Of a DNA stretch of 64,000 nucleotides, positions 1 through 13,895 are shown in pieces. The notes under the pieces are model-generated. The model worked only from the letters and a program-made list of their open reading frames with translations, had not been told where the DNA came from and did no database searches. Each line of letters starts with the position of its first letter. The stretch's first letter is position 1. The position numbers and the translations under genes were made by a program. Source of the stretch: Eledone cirrhosa. Its lineage: Eukaryota. The DNA lies in the NCBI GenBank assembly GCA_964016885.1, contig OZ024740.1, positions 345,464,001 through 345,528,000 of the forward strand, given 5' to 3'.

Positions 1-1720
1 ATATATATATATATATGGATGGAAACACGAAATTTATATGCTTACATATATACACATACATATGCACAAACATGCAAATGCATACACATACAACTATATA
101 TAGTAACACCGGCAAACGCACATATGGTCATATACAGCCACAATCACACACAATATTGCTACAAACGGGAATATTTACACGCACACGGTAGACGCACACA
201 CACAAACACAGAGGCATTCATATAGACGCGCACACATATAGTTACACGCCACCATTGATAGAAACACATACACACTTGGGTGGCAGAATTAATCTGTCAC
301 CCGATTTAACACCACCACCTGGCCCACGGGTGCTTCTAGCAGTCTCCACTGTTGCATGAATGCGGGACAGGTCTTTGGTCTAAGGATCTTCCGTTCTCCC
401 TCCCACCAGTCTAGGAGGCCCTGCCCTGCCATGCTCTCACTGACTAAACACTAAACAAATGGAAATAAAACATTCACACATACATACTTACATGCATACG
501 CACATACTGATATATACATACAGAGACACATACACACGAACACATACGCATAGATACAAGCATGTAGGTATACAGCATAGGCTTACGCATATGACACAGA
601 TGCACACATACTTGAAAAGAGACACACGCGAACATACATATAAATACAAACATGTTTTTACACATAGAATGACAGACACAAATATATACATACACGCATA
701 CACATACACTCGTGTACACACAGAAATGAAGGATCCTCTGTCGTTTTAACTATGAATACACAGCTGCTCGATAAACTGAACGTCCAGCTCATGTATTGTT
801 GGGTATTTCATAGGCACGTTTACTCTTGATTTACAAATACACAGACACATAAATACATCCACACAAATGTTCATATCACCGACATACTTCCCTGACATTT
901 GTATATTATTCTATGTACTATACATGCACCTTTGATGAGTTGTAGTGCACCTTTGATCAGTTGTAGTACATAATAATTTCATTATTTTTATATTATTATC
1001 ATTATACACACACACATATGTACACATACTTAGATTCACCTCTCGCACCCACGCATAGATATAGAGACACAAACACACATGGGCACAAACACACATACAC
1101 ACATAAAGTCTAATGCATTTAAACAAATTGAGACACACGCAAATACACAAACACATAATGCGTACATATATATATATATATATACATGCATACACATACA
1201 TTTCTCCACACAAATACATACATACGTTAATACATACACACACATATAAATATAGGTGCATGCACATATTCATACAAATGCATCTACATACACACAATGT
1301 GATAGTAACCCACGTTGACAGAGAGTGACATACACAGACATATGACACACATGCACATATACACGTACGAAAAGAGACACACGCAAACATATATATATAT
1401 TTATACAAACATGTATTTACACACATATTGACAAGCACAAATACACCCATATACACACACACATTGACAGTTCGACGCACACACGTGTATTTGCGTATAC
1501 ATAAACGTACGTACTTACGAAAGTATAAACGTAAACATATACGCACACACATAAATACAGACACATACACAAAATCATACGCATTGGCTGTCACGCCTCC
1601 CAACACACTCTGGCAATAACAGAAACATATATGTTCGTATATACATTCACAAACGGATACACACATATACGTAGGCAAACACAAGCACGCACGCATGCAC
1701 ACACACACAAACCCCTTTAG
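1..1720. repeat. Degenerate (CA)n/(TA)n-derived low-complexity region
   Basis: Continuous ACAC/ATAC/ATAT-rich sequence with a few short unique islands; the ORFs here are H/T/Y/I or C/V/M artefacts. Confidence 0.9.
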
Positions 1721-1914
1721 CACTGAGAGACAGAAGCAGTCGAATGTTCTCTGACTAAACGTTGTGTAGTTGTTTTATTCCGATTTCACATCTCCCTTAA
1801 AGGAACTACACAGTTACAGACATAGCTGTTGTGTTATGGATTTAGCTATGCAACCGTTTGGTTTTCAGTTCAATCCTGCTGCTCGGCGCCTTGTGCCAGA
1901 GTCTGATACAATAA

Positions 1915-2307
1915 TGGTTTCCTATATAGGCACAAGGCCAGCAATTACCCAGTATATTACTGGTACTTTATTGTATCGACCCCGTATGGATGAAAGGCAA
2001 AGTTAACCTCGGTGGGATTTGAACTCAGACTGTAAAGGGACGTATCTATGCTGGAAAGCATGACGTCTGACCCTCTCCCGATACTGCCTTGGTTTCCTAT
2101 ATAGTCACAAGGCCAGCAATTTTGGGGTAGGGAAAAGTCGATTAAATCGACCCCAGTGTGTCACTGGTACTTTATTTTATCGACCTTGTAAGAGTGAAAG
2201 GCAAAGTTAACCTCGGTGGGATTTGAATTCAGATCATAAAGGGCCGTAACTCTATGCTGCAATGCATGGCGTCCGACCCTCTACCGATACTGCCAATCCA
2301 CCGCCCT
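1915..2307 (-). mobile_element. Tandem pair of tRNA-derived SINEs (dominant family of the window)
   Basis: Reverse complement shows A-box TGGCAGTATCGG, B-box-like GA(G/A)TTCAAATCC and body ACTTTGCCTTTCA..GGTCGATAAAATAAAGTACCAGT; matches copies at 8605, 14310, 26285, 42670. Confidence 0.85.
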
Positions 2308-2399
2308 CAGATGTGAGTCTGAGTTTGATGCAATAATATTGGGTTGACTTAATGCCTCCAGAGTGATAATGGTGGAGGGTAACTGCAGAAACCTGTCAT

Positions 2400-2487
<88 letters not shown>

Positions 2488-2785
2488 ATGATACATGTGT
2501 GTGTGTGTGTTTATGATTATATATGTTAAGCTTTTGTTTATGCTCAGCAACATAGCGGTTCGACAGAAAGAAATCAATGAAATAAGCTCTTGGTCGATAC
2601 GATCGAGGAAATTAAGGTGGTGCCCTGTCACAGCTGCAATTGGAACCAGAAAAATAGTAAAGTGTGTGTGTGTGCCTGTATATATATTTTTCGAATATTA
2701 ATAATAACATTCGATTTGTTTTCAATTATGCAAACAACCCTCAATTGTATAGCCATGTCAGTAGAATGAACACTTCATTCTTGCT

Positions 2786-2844
<59 letters not shown>

Positions 2845-3129
2845 ATGGCTTAAAACTCTGCTAAGAGTACTGCATTCGCTTGTCAGGTTATAGAGTTTGG
2901 TGCACGTGTAGGCTACGGCCAGTCACATGAACCTATAAAATATCCTGAACAAGCAATTCCTGAGCTTTCAAGGTTTTTTAAGTGGCGAAAGGCCTTGCAC
3001 TCGACCAATCCCACGCTCCCTACCCGAAAAGGAGAATGGTCCACATCATCGGATGCTTCCGCAGCCACAGGTCTTTTATTTCAGAGTTCCCCTCTCATAG
3101 AAAGGTGTTGTGACAACTGGGGGTCATAC

Positions 3130-3460
3130 TTTGGTCCAAGCAGGTTGGTATATAAGCCGTAGCTCCAATAATGATGGCTATGAAGCTAAAGGTGTATCTT
3201 GGATACTGGATTTGTAAACTCCTCATCAATGGTCCGTAGATGTCCTCCTCCTGTATTTTTCTGACGACGTTTACATCAAGTGGGCAGCTGATCTCCACAA
3301 CAGAACACGTCTTCAATGTGTGGTCCCAAACAACAATATAAGGCCGGTTGTGCTTTAATTTGGTGGCAGTTTTTATTTTCAGGTTCCACCTGTATTCCTT
3401 GGTGCCATCTGTCTCAATATATTCTTCCTTGTTTGTTGTTAATTTTGTTTTCCGAAGTGC
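3130..3460 (-). mobile_element. Fragment of RLE-type (R4/Dong-like) non-LTR retrotransposon, restriction-like endonuclease domain
   Basis: ORF 3095..3709(-) contains LKHNRPYIVVWDHTLKTCSVVEISCPLD...YGPL...IIIGATAYIP, the HNRPD..E..P signature also seen in the 35.4-37.4 kb element. Confidence 0.75.
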
Positions 3461-3557
3461 GTATGTATGTATGTATGTATGTATGTATGTATGTATGTAT
3501 GTATGTATGTATGTATGTATGTATGTATGTATGTATGTATGTATGTATTTATTGGTG

Positions 3558-4130
3558 CTACTGGTAACATGTATCCCAGTACAACCTGTCTCATGTTCGG
3601 GTCGTTGGCGACTAAACTGGCAACCCCACCAAGGTGACTTTGGACATCCTGCAGGACTAAAAACAAAACCTGTCAAAGGGCAAAGGAGCTCTTGAGAGTC
3701 AATGGCCATCGAAAATCACCGGGAGAGATGACCCCGTAGCCTTTGTCAAGGCAGAATTCTAGGAGAAGGAAAACTCTGATGTAACACCTGCAACCCTGAT
3801 GGTATCCAATGATGTTGACTTGTTCTTCTTTTTGGTAAATATCATCTTGGTTAAGAGAGTGGGACTGGCTTTGTGCAGTGCCTTTGCTCACTATAAAAGC
3901 TTCACGGCACAGGCATTGCTTTATATCTGGAGATCTCTCTGCACTTGTCGTCACATGGTACCATGGGCCCGGCACTATGTGTCAATAATTGTCACAGGTG
4001 TAGTGTTTGTACCAGAGTTTTCAAGTCGCTGGCTGGACTAAAAAGTCACACTCGTTCAGCGATTGCGTAGGGGTTCTCCTACATGGATATAAAATAGTGG
4101 CCGTACTCGAAAACGAGTTGGCAGTCACCA
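3558..4130 (+). mobile_element. Non-coding ~570 bp RTE-related non-autonomous retroelement, copy 1 (partial extra 5' copy at ~4232-4400)
   Basis: Near-identical to 23181-23767. Contains CTAGGAGAAGGAAAACTCTGA (RTE 5'UTR-like) and ends in stem-loop GCCGTACTCGAAAACGAGTTGGC followed by (TGTA)n. Confidence 0.65.
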
Positions 4131-4426
4131 TGTATGTATGTATGTATGTATGTATGTATGTATGTATGTATGTATGTATGTATGTATGTATGTATGTATG
4201 TATGTATGTATGTCAGGGCACTCTCGAGTGCTACCGGTAACATGTAACCCAATACAACCTGACTCATGGTCGGGTCGTTTGGTACTAAACTGGCAACCCC
4301 ATCAAGCTTGGTTGGTGAGAAGGGTGATATTTGGACACCCTGCAGGATAAGATAAAATACCCGTCAAAGAGTGAAGTAACTCAACAGAGTCAACGGCCAT
4401 GTATACATATTTACACACACACACAT

Positions 4427-4573
<147 letters not shown>

Positions 4574-5659
4574 ATAGTTGAGCGCTCTATGATGTAACCG
4601 ATATGGTGGAGAAGAGAGGAACCAACCACGAGCTACCCCGGAAATTCCCTCTACCATGGGGAGGAAAACCCCTGACACTGGACGGACATAATAGTAACTT
4701 TCGGCAGGATAAATACGCGGAAACAAAAAATAAGATAAACCCCTATTTTCCTGCACCAAATCGCATTTGAACAGAAGCCCCCTCAATTCAATCTATACAT
4801 GGACAGATGGACAATCATATGGATCATTTTGCATATATGTACTCTGTGTTTTTGCATTTATTCACTATTGGTTCTGTTCTTTTCTTTTGTGTACTTTATG
4901 TCTGTTTTTCTTTGATTTTGTTCCATGTGATGGAAATTATGACTGTGTACCAGATTGACTAATGCCATGAACCCTGTAGTTTGCCCTCCGTTATAATGTA
5001 CGGCACTGTCGTTCAATATGTGGATAGAGTAACTGTGACACTAGAATCCCTCTCAGAACTTATTACTTAAACATCTCTCTCCATATTATTTACTCACTTC
5101 AACCTATATTTTTACTCAATCCGAATTATCACTTGAAAAATTTCTGAATTTCGAATTTTTTAATTTTTTAATTGTTTAATTTATAATCTCTGATATTTGA
5201 TTTAGGATTTCAATTTTTAATTTTTATTTCCAACTCCCACTCTTAACTTCCAATGTAAAACCATGATACCTAGAATTAAGTTTATTTTCCCTTATGAGTT
5301 GATGGTCAGTCTTACTGTCAACGCTTAGTGAAAGGTAGTTTTATGACCTATAAAAACTAACACCCTCCCATCCCCTCTGGCTTTCGGCTGTCTGCCACAG
5401 TCGTGATGGGTAGCAGTAAACTTTGGTAGGGCATAGGTGGGCCATTGTTTTGGCTGAGAGGGGAACTGACTAAGCGAATTCCGTTGAAATCTGCGGTGGC
5501 TAATGGTCAACTTCCTTCGGACATGCGCTTGCGCAGACCGGTGGGGGTGAATTGGTACTCACAAGGGAGCGGATGAAAAACCCAAAAGTACGAACTTCAT
5601 CCGTTCCCATGTCGATTTAATTTGGATTGCCTCGGAAACATAACCTTATTATGTAACAA

Positions 5660-5733
5660 GCTGTCTGATGATGACACGACACTCGCACACAGAACAGTGT
5701 GGCCAGTGTCGTCATTGAAATATATATCACAGC
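5660..5733 (+). ncRNA. Type I hammerhead ribozyme (PLE-type)
   Basis: Stem I GCTGT/ACAGC; core CTGATGA 5665-5671; stem II GACACT..AGTGTC; GAAA 5717-5720; palindromic TATATA; TC cleavage site. Confidence 0.85.
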
Positions 5734-5856
5734 ATTATTATTAAAGGACTTGAACATCTGAAACTACTTCACTTTCCCTTATTCGATATTTACTCCGTCA
5801 CTCCTATGTGGAAAAAGTACGTTGAGTGCTTGAATTGAATTGCATCAATGTTTACC

Positions 5857-5948
<92 letters not shown>

Positions 5949-6158
5949 AATTAATAAAAACAATGAAATATAAACAAAGAACAGGTTCCTTATATTGATA
6001 AAAATCATCAGTGTACGATCGTTTCTGGGATATATATGTGTATGTTGGTATGTATATCATATAAAAGATCTATATAAAAAAATATTACAAATTATCAGAG
6101 GATATATACATACCTTCACTTATATATGACATCTTATGTATATATTGTTATATATATA

Positions 6159-6360
6159 TTGTTATACTTGGTGAGGGTCATATTGTACTAATATTGCCAG
6201 AAATAATAACAGAACACACTCACTAACAGTGAGGGTGTTCTGTTATTATTTCTGAATTCTGGCAATATTATTACAACAATATGACCCTCTTCAAGTATAA
6301 CAATATTTCTTTCGACACACGATTTCATATCAAAAACCTTGCAAAACAAATTCATCGCCG
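6159..6360. repeat. Palindromic PLE-tail module between (TA)n tracts
   Basis: TGTTATACTTGGTGAGGGTCATATTG..AACACACTCACT is inverted to AGTGAGGGTGTT..CAATATGACCCTCTTCAAGTATAACA. Same terminus family as 34564, 34733, 40452, 51222, 52788. Confidence 0.75.
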
Positions 6361-6409
<49 letters not shown>

Positions 6410-6427
6410 AGTATCCATGAATACACA

Positions 6428-6497
<70 letters not shown>

Positions 6498-6539
6498 CAT
6501 GTCAGTATGCTTGTGTACGTATATATGTATTTTAGTTAA

Positions 6540-6860
6540 ACCGTGTGGCTCAGTGGTTAGACTATTTAGCTTACGATCTTAAGTTTGATTTCCGGCAGCT
6601 CGTTGTGTCCTTGAGTAATTTACTTCACGGTACCCCAGTCCACTCAGTTGGAAAAAGTATGTCGTGTCTGTTTTCCATTTATCACTTTGTCTCCCGCTGA
6701 ATATCCGCTGAAGTTTTATGTCAATGGTGCAGATACCAGTGGAATGATCAGCCATGTGCTTGTTAAGTTTAAGTGCAGGCTATTACGTTGAAAAATTGGA
6801 ACAATTGTCTACAGTGGTCATACGTACGTTTCTATATGTAGACAACTCATACCTGAGTGT
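6540..6860 (+). mobile_element. Decayed tRNA-derived SINE (second family)
   Basis: Head GTGTGGCTCAGTGGTTAG, body GTTGTGTCCTTGAG..CCAGTCCACTCAG; related to 11465-11690 and ~27410-27620(-). Confidence 0.6.
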
Positions 6861-7100
6861 TTAAACATTTCGACACAACCATCATATCCCTAGTTCAATT
6901 CCACTCTGAATTATTTTGGGTGATGCTTTTATTAGTGTCAAGGTTCGTCTTAAGCACTGTGAGGGATATTGGGTAGACGGAAAATGTATGGAGGCCCAAC
7001 TGGCGAAGCATACCTGTAATTCAAAAGCGAAACATGTCATATATTTTGCTATGCTCACTGGACTTGGGAATTGTGTGCTTGGAAATTACGTGTTGTGAAA

Positions 7101-7380
7101 TACGCAATCACTAACACGTTAGTTCATGAGTTGGATATTAAAGTTACCAAGCAACTGAGTACTAGTCATTAAAATGTCTGCGGACCCATCATTCATGTGT
7201 GTACACATATATCTTTGTATGTTTATATATATATATAGGAACGAGTAGGACCCCGACGACTGAGCTCAAGCCGTTTCGACAGCTAATTCTGGACTAATTC
7301 CTATTACCCACTCTACTGCCCTAAGTATTGAGTACTTTGGTGCGTTATGGGCCACCTGGTTCCTTACCACATTTCCTTCG

Positions 7381-7413
<33 letters not shown>

Positions 7414-7530
7414 AAGATATATGTGTACACACATGAATGATGGGTCCGCAGGCATTTTAATGACTAGTACTCAGTTGCTTGGTAACTTTAATATCCAACT
7501 CATGAACTAACGTGTTAGTGATTGCGTGTA
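7101..7530. repeat. ~120 bp near-perfect inverted duplication flanking a PLE-tail fragment
   Basis: 7101-7221 is the reverse complement of 7408-7527. The spacer 7237-7381 matches the repeat family at 34890-35030 and 54978-55110. Confidence 0.85.
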
Positions 7531-7799
7531 TGTGTGTGTGAGAGAGAGAGTGTGCGCATGCGTTTGTGTGTATGAATGTACATTTGCAAGGCACCGGATG
7601 AATTACCGTAAACCATCACTTTCGTCGATCTGGAGTGGTACTTTATTTTATCGAACTCGAAAGGCGGAAAGGCAAATTTGACCGCGGTGATACTTTACCT
7701 CACACAGCAAAGAGAACATTTATGCATATGTGTTTGCAGGTCTATGTTCAAATTCACGTGTTTGTATGGGCGATTGAGTATACACATTCATTCATACAT

Positions 7800-8050
7800 A
7801 CATGATGATGATGTGATGCCCCCTCGATATCGAGTATGGCCACTGCACAGCATAACATTATAAATAAGTATTGATTTATTCTATGGTGCAATGCCTGTGT
7901 GTGAAGATTTTTTTCAAGCGCGGAAAATCTGTGCACTGAGCCAATCCCACTCTCTGAGCGACAGTAGCTATAACCCGAAAAGAAGAAATGATCAACAATG
8001 TGCTCAAGAAGTTCACTTTGTGGTCACATGGTTCCAAGATTATATTTCAT
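7800..8050 (-). mobile_element. Diverged relative of the RTE-related non-autonomous element
   Basis: GCCAATCCCACTCTCT..AAAAGAAGAAATGATCAACA and reverse-strand 3' end GTGGCCATACTCGATATCGAG with (CAT)n/(TATG)n tail parallel the 3558-4130 element. Confidence 0.5.
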
Positions 8051-8604
8051 TGGTTGACACATTGGACACATATATTGTGTGTTGAATACTCGTGTCGATT
8101 CAATACATTATATTATTCTCCTTAAAACAGCTGGTATTATGTTAAAAACCATTATTATTTTGTAACTGTTTATTTATTGGTGCATTGGCAGAACTGTTAG
8201 AACGTCAGGAATAAAATAAAAATGCCTAAGGTCTTTGTTCCGGTTCATTATGTTCTGAGCTTAAAACCCTCTTAGTTCACCCCTCCCGGCTCGATACAGT
8301 AAAATATCAATTAAGTACTAATACCGCCCCTCCCACCACGTTCCACAACCGAAAAAAAGAATGGCTGGCATTGAGTCTGACTTTGAAACCAATAAGTAAG
8401 GCGGTAAGGTGTCAAAATCGTTATAGCATTGGGCAACATTCTTTGCCTCATTTGTAGCGGTCCTTTACATTCTGATTTGCTTACCAACCATGTCAACTTT
8501 GCCTTTCATCCTTAAGGGATCGCTAAAATAATGTACCATTCAAGAAGTTGTTAATCCTTATTTTAACAACTAGCTAAGAAGAAGCTAACCCTCATTTGCC
8601 AAAC

Positions 8605-8790
8605 TTGGCAGTATCGGTGGAGGGACAGACGCCATGCTTTGCAGTATTGAATTATGTCCCTTTACGGTCTGAATTCAAATCCCGCCGAGGTTAACTTTGC
8701 CTTTCATCCTTACGGGGTCGATAAAATAAAGTACCAGTAATGCACTGGCATAATTGCTGGCCTTGTGCCAAAAGTAGAAACAATTATTAT
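8605..8790 (+). mobile_element. tRNA-derived SINE
   Basis: TTGGCAGTATCGGT head, GAATTCAAATCCCG B-box, GCCTTTCATCCTTACGGGGTCGATAAAATAAAGTACCAGT body. Confidence 0.85.
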
Positions 8791-9805
8791 AAAGAAATAA
8801 TCATTTTTATTATTATCTTCTATTTTAGAGCGATTGATGGAATATTTGATAGAATGACGAGCATAACGTCTATTCATAAACGTTTTTTTTTTTCTTCAAA
8901 TTCTGCCAGAGATTGAACTATCATACTTATCTATTAATGAGTGCAAAATCCGGTCACAATTGTTTTAAATATCCATATTATTCGGGTCCCATACTGAAAA
9001 TAATAGTATGCTTCGATAAGTTCCAACCTACTATATTTCCCAAATTATAGGCATGTATTATACTTAAGTAAAATCAATAAAGAGGGCCGTTTGGTATGGG
9101 CCAACGATTTTAAGGGGTGCGTTCGTCTCAAGTTCTAATTATTTTATTGCTGTGTTAGTTGCAAATACAACTTTTTACAGATGTGACATGTATATAAAGC
9201 ATATATATGTAATACTGATTTTAACATATTTGATGGGTAGCCGAATATATTTCACGTCGGGCCTGGTCACATTACCATCTTTGAGTACATCTATTACCGG
9301 CTTTGAGACTGAATTTGTACATCGGGATTAGGCCTATTAGAAACTTTTATGGCTTATATTTTACGACTGACATGAGACTATTACCAGATTTGGGGAATTA
9401 TATTTACGTTTTCCCTAGGTATATTAACAGCTTTGAAGGCCCTAGACTTTACGTCACCCTTTAGTCTAAAAACAGATTTATAGTGGATGTTACGATGTAC
9501 GTCTGAGTTGGGTCGGTTACAAGATTTGAATGACTCCACATATAGAGCCGAACTGGATTTGAAAATCAAACACAATAGCCATTAATAAAATCCTCACAAA
9601 TTTCCCTCAAAGTAGAACTCGCCCACAACGTAAAAAAGAATAGATTCTAGATTTTGATAGCTGGATATTATTCAACTGTAAGGCTTCTCGTTTAATGAAG
9701 ACCAGGACATATAAAACATGAAGAATAATACATATATGTTGAGACAAATGTTCAGACACACGCATATACATATACACAATTATGTATGAATTTTGATAAA
9801 CTTTC

Positions 9806-10730
<925 letters not shown>

Positions 10731-10734
10731 TTAG

Positions 10735-10893
10735 ATTTCTTGAGAAATCATCAGGAACCTCCTGATGATTTCTCAATTATGAAGCAGTTCTTGTCCTGTA
10801 AAATCTCATCTATATTAAAACTTTTATACTTTGCTATGTATTGAGTACTTTACTTACTGTGGTTACCTCCGATTCAACCCGGAATAACTTACC
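10735..10893 (+). mobile_element. PLE tail module with degenerate HHR (CTGATGA 10762, GAAG instead of GAAA); inverted tail copy at 11264-11338
   Basis: Same family as 13014-13212, 26720-26892, 41803-42003; local hairpin GAGAAATCATCAGG/CCTGATGATTTCTC. Confidence 0.75.
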
Positions 10894-10996
10894 TATATAT
10901 ATATATGATATATATATATGATATATATATGATATATATATATATATATATATGATATATATATATATATATGTGATATATGTATATATATATATA

Positions 10997-11108
10997 TAAT
11001 TACGAACTTTAATATGTGTCTACGACCGCTTTTTATTTTGCATTTCATACTAAAGTATGAAATGCAAAATAAAACGCGGTCGTAGACACATATTAAAGTT
11101 CGTAATTA
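10997..11108. repeat. Near-perfect 110 bp palindrome between (TA)n tracts; extra arm copy at 11344-11400
   Basis: ATAATTACGAACTTTAATATGTGTCTACGACCGC..CATTTCATACT / AGTATGAAATG..GCGGTCGTAGACACATATTAAAGTTCGTAATTAT. Confidence 0.9.
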
Positions 11109-11146
11109 TATATATTTATACATATATAACATATATATATATATAT

Positions 11147-11195
<49 letters not shown>

Positions 11196-11464
11196 TATAT
11201 ATATATATATATATATATATCATATATATATATATATCATATATATATATATATATATATATAGGTAAGTTATTCCGGGTTGTATCGGAGGTAACCACAG
11301 TAAGTAAAGTACTCAATACATAGCAAAGTATAAAAGTTCACTAAAGTATGAAATGCAAAATAAAAAGCAGTCGTAGACACATATTAAAGTTCGTAATTAT
11401 ATATATACATATATCACATATATATATATATCATATATATATATATATTATATATATATATGTA

Positions 11465-11690
11465 AAGGCGTGTGGCTGAGTGTTTAGAGAATTGGATTCC
11501 TAATCGTGAGGTTGTGAGTGCGATTCCCGGACCGGGCGATGCGTTATGTCCTTTCAGCAAGGCACTTTATTTCACGTTGCTCCTTCTACCTGGAGTTGCG
11601 ACCGATAGAGAGTACTAGCAATTGGAAAGACCAACGGAAACATTGTTTCCTCGGTCCGATTTGACGAAAGTCGATGGACTGAAAAAAAAA
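11465..11690 (+). mobile_element. tRNA-derived SINE (second family)
   Basis: GGCGTGTGGCTGAGTGTTTAGA A-box region, GTGCGATTCCCGG B-box-like, GCAAGGCACTTTATTTCACGTTGCTCC body, A-rich tail. Confidence 0.7.
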
Positions 11691-11710
11691 AAAAATATAT
11701 ATATATATAT

Positions 11711-11746
<36 letters not shown>

Positions 11747-12389
11747 AAATAAAATCGACCTCACCTCTCTAAAAATATCTAAATGTATCATTGGGTCGCC
11801 TTCTTTACATACAGCATGCCTTGTGCAAGTCCTAGAAATGTTCATCACTCACCCAATCTGGACACAACCGATATATTTTAAACAATGAAAGAATGAGAGT
11901 CTTTGAGAAGAATAAGATGAATCGCCCTGGGAATTGATTGCAATTATATTTGTAAACCTCGGCGGGTTTGAACATGGAGCAAAATCAGTGGGACCGAATA
12001 AAGAGGGATTTTTAATCCGACTCCCTAACGCCTGGTTCTATTCGCCGCCTCAATCACACCGAAAACTGAGTAACTGAATTCGCCAGCGAGGGACTAGATT
12101 CTTCTCCCTGTCAAAATGCTCTGTATATATTTATAGTGTTTCTACACAAACAGTTAGGTACTTCTATGCATTTGGTTACGAGTAGGCTTGGAAATAAAAA
12201 TTACGATTGATTATGTAGTAACTCTTAAAGGTACGGCAGCTGAAGCAGCAACAGATGCAACTAATATTAGCAGTAACAGCAACAATGGCACACTGATTGT
12301 CAGCAGCAGCAGCAGCAGTAGCAATAGCAACATCACCAGTTGGAGCTACCGGCTATTATAATTAATGAAGTAGCTAAAGAATTCACAAG

Positions 12390-12453
<64 letters not shown>

Positions 12454-12454
12454 T

Positions 12455-12485
<31 letters not shown>

Positions 12486-12528
12486 TACACACCTATATAT
12501 ATATATAGTATATACATTTATATATTTG

Positions 12529-12575
<47 letters not shown>

Positions 12576-12931
12576 GTAGGTAGATATAGTATAGGATAGA
12601 CATGAATAGTTGTCCAGATACATAATAATACCTCAACACACACAAACAATCACTTTTACACGCAAAATATACTGGCACAAACGCACAACCTAACAGTTTC
12701 ATACTTGTATACTCACTATGAACACATAAATATGTTATTACCACATTCATGCAATCGATCTACTAATTCTATAGTATCACATTCCTATGAAATAAAACCC
12801 TATTCTTCTCCTACAACAGTCCCCATACGCAGTTCGGGATCATCGGTTAAAAACAATGGCATGCACTCACTCTAAAACATTCTATGCATAAGATGAATTA
12901 AATATAGTATATTACCAGAGGGTCATCGTAT

Positions 12932-13013
<82 letters not shown>

Positions 13014-13080
13014 GTTATTCCGGCTTGAATCGGAGGTAACCACAGTAAGTAAGGTACTCAATACATTGCAGACTATAACA

Positions 13081-13210
13081 GTTTTAATATAGATGAAATT
13101 CTACAGGAGTAGAACTGTTTCATTCTTTAGAAATCATCAGGAATCTCTTCCTGATGATTTCTAAAGAATGAAACAGTTCCAGTCCTGTAGAATCTCATCT
13201 ATATTAAAAC
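13081..13210. ncRNA. Head-to-head pair of minimal hammerhead ribozymes forming a palindrome
   Basis: Plus strand: TTC CTGATGA(13151) TTTCTAAAGAAT GAAA CAG..CTG TA GAA. A mirror copy lies on the minus strand at ~13098-13143. Confidence 0.8.
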
Positions 13211-13374
13211 TATATATATGTATATATGTGTGTGTGTAGGCATTTAAGTAAATATACCCATATATATATATATATATATATATGTAGGAGGTGAGTTTTA
13301 TTGTAGTACAATAAAGCAATGCAGATATCGGATAAGTAGCACTCTACAGTTTGTAGGACTGGAGTATAAATAAT

Positions 13375-13673
13375 ATATAAGATCAAAAGATGGTTAAAAG
13401 AGTTCCATGTATTTTATTATGCGCATTTCAAAAACAAATATCATCATTCGATGACATTTGCGTTTTCGTCAGATAAAATAGGGAGACATATTATGAAGGT
13501 TAAAAAACACAACATATGCTGATTTAAAACTGCACTATTCACAAGTGTGTTTTAACCTTCATATCATGTCTCCCTATTTTATCTGACGAAAACGCAAATG
13601 TCATCGCATGATGATATTTGTTTTTGAAATGCGCATAATAAAATACATGGAACTATTTTAACCATCTGTTGAT

Positions 13674-13680
<7 letters not shown>
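13375..13680. ncRNA. 135 bp inverted repeat carrying two hammerhead ribozymes (13410-13480 minus; 13575-13645 plus)
   Basis: Stem I TATTTTAT/ATAAAATA (8 bp); CTGACGA 13583-13589; long stem II CAAATGTCATC..GATGATATTTG; GAAA; palindrome TGCGCA; TA cleavage site. Confidence 0.88.
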
Positions 13681-13742
<62 letters not shown>

Positions 13743-13837
13743 TATATATTTATATAACTATATATAAATGTGTGTGTGTATATATATATATATATACATT
13801 ATACACACACACACACACAGACAGATATATATATATA

Positions 13838-13895
<58 letters not shown>

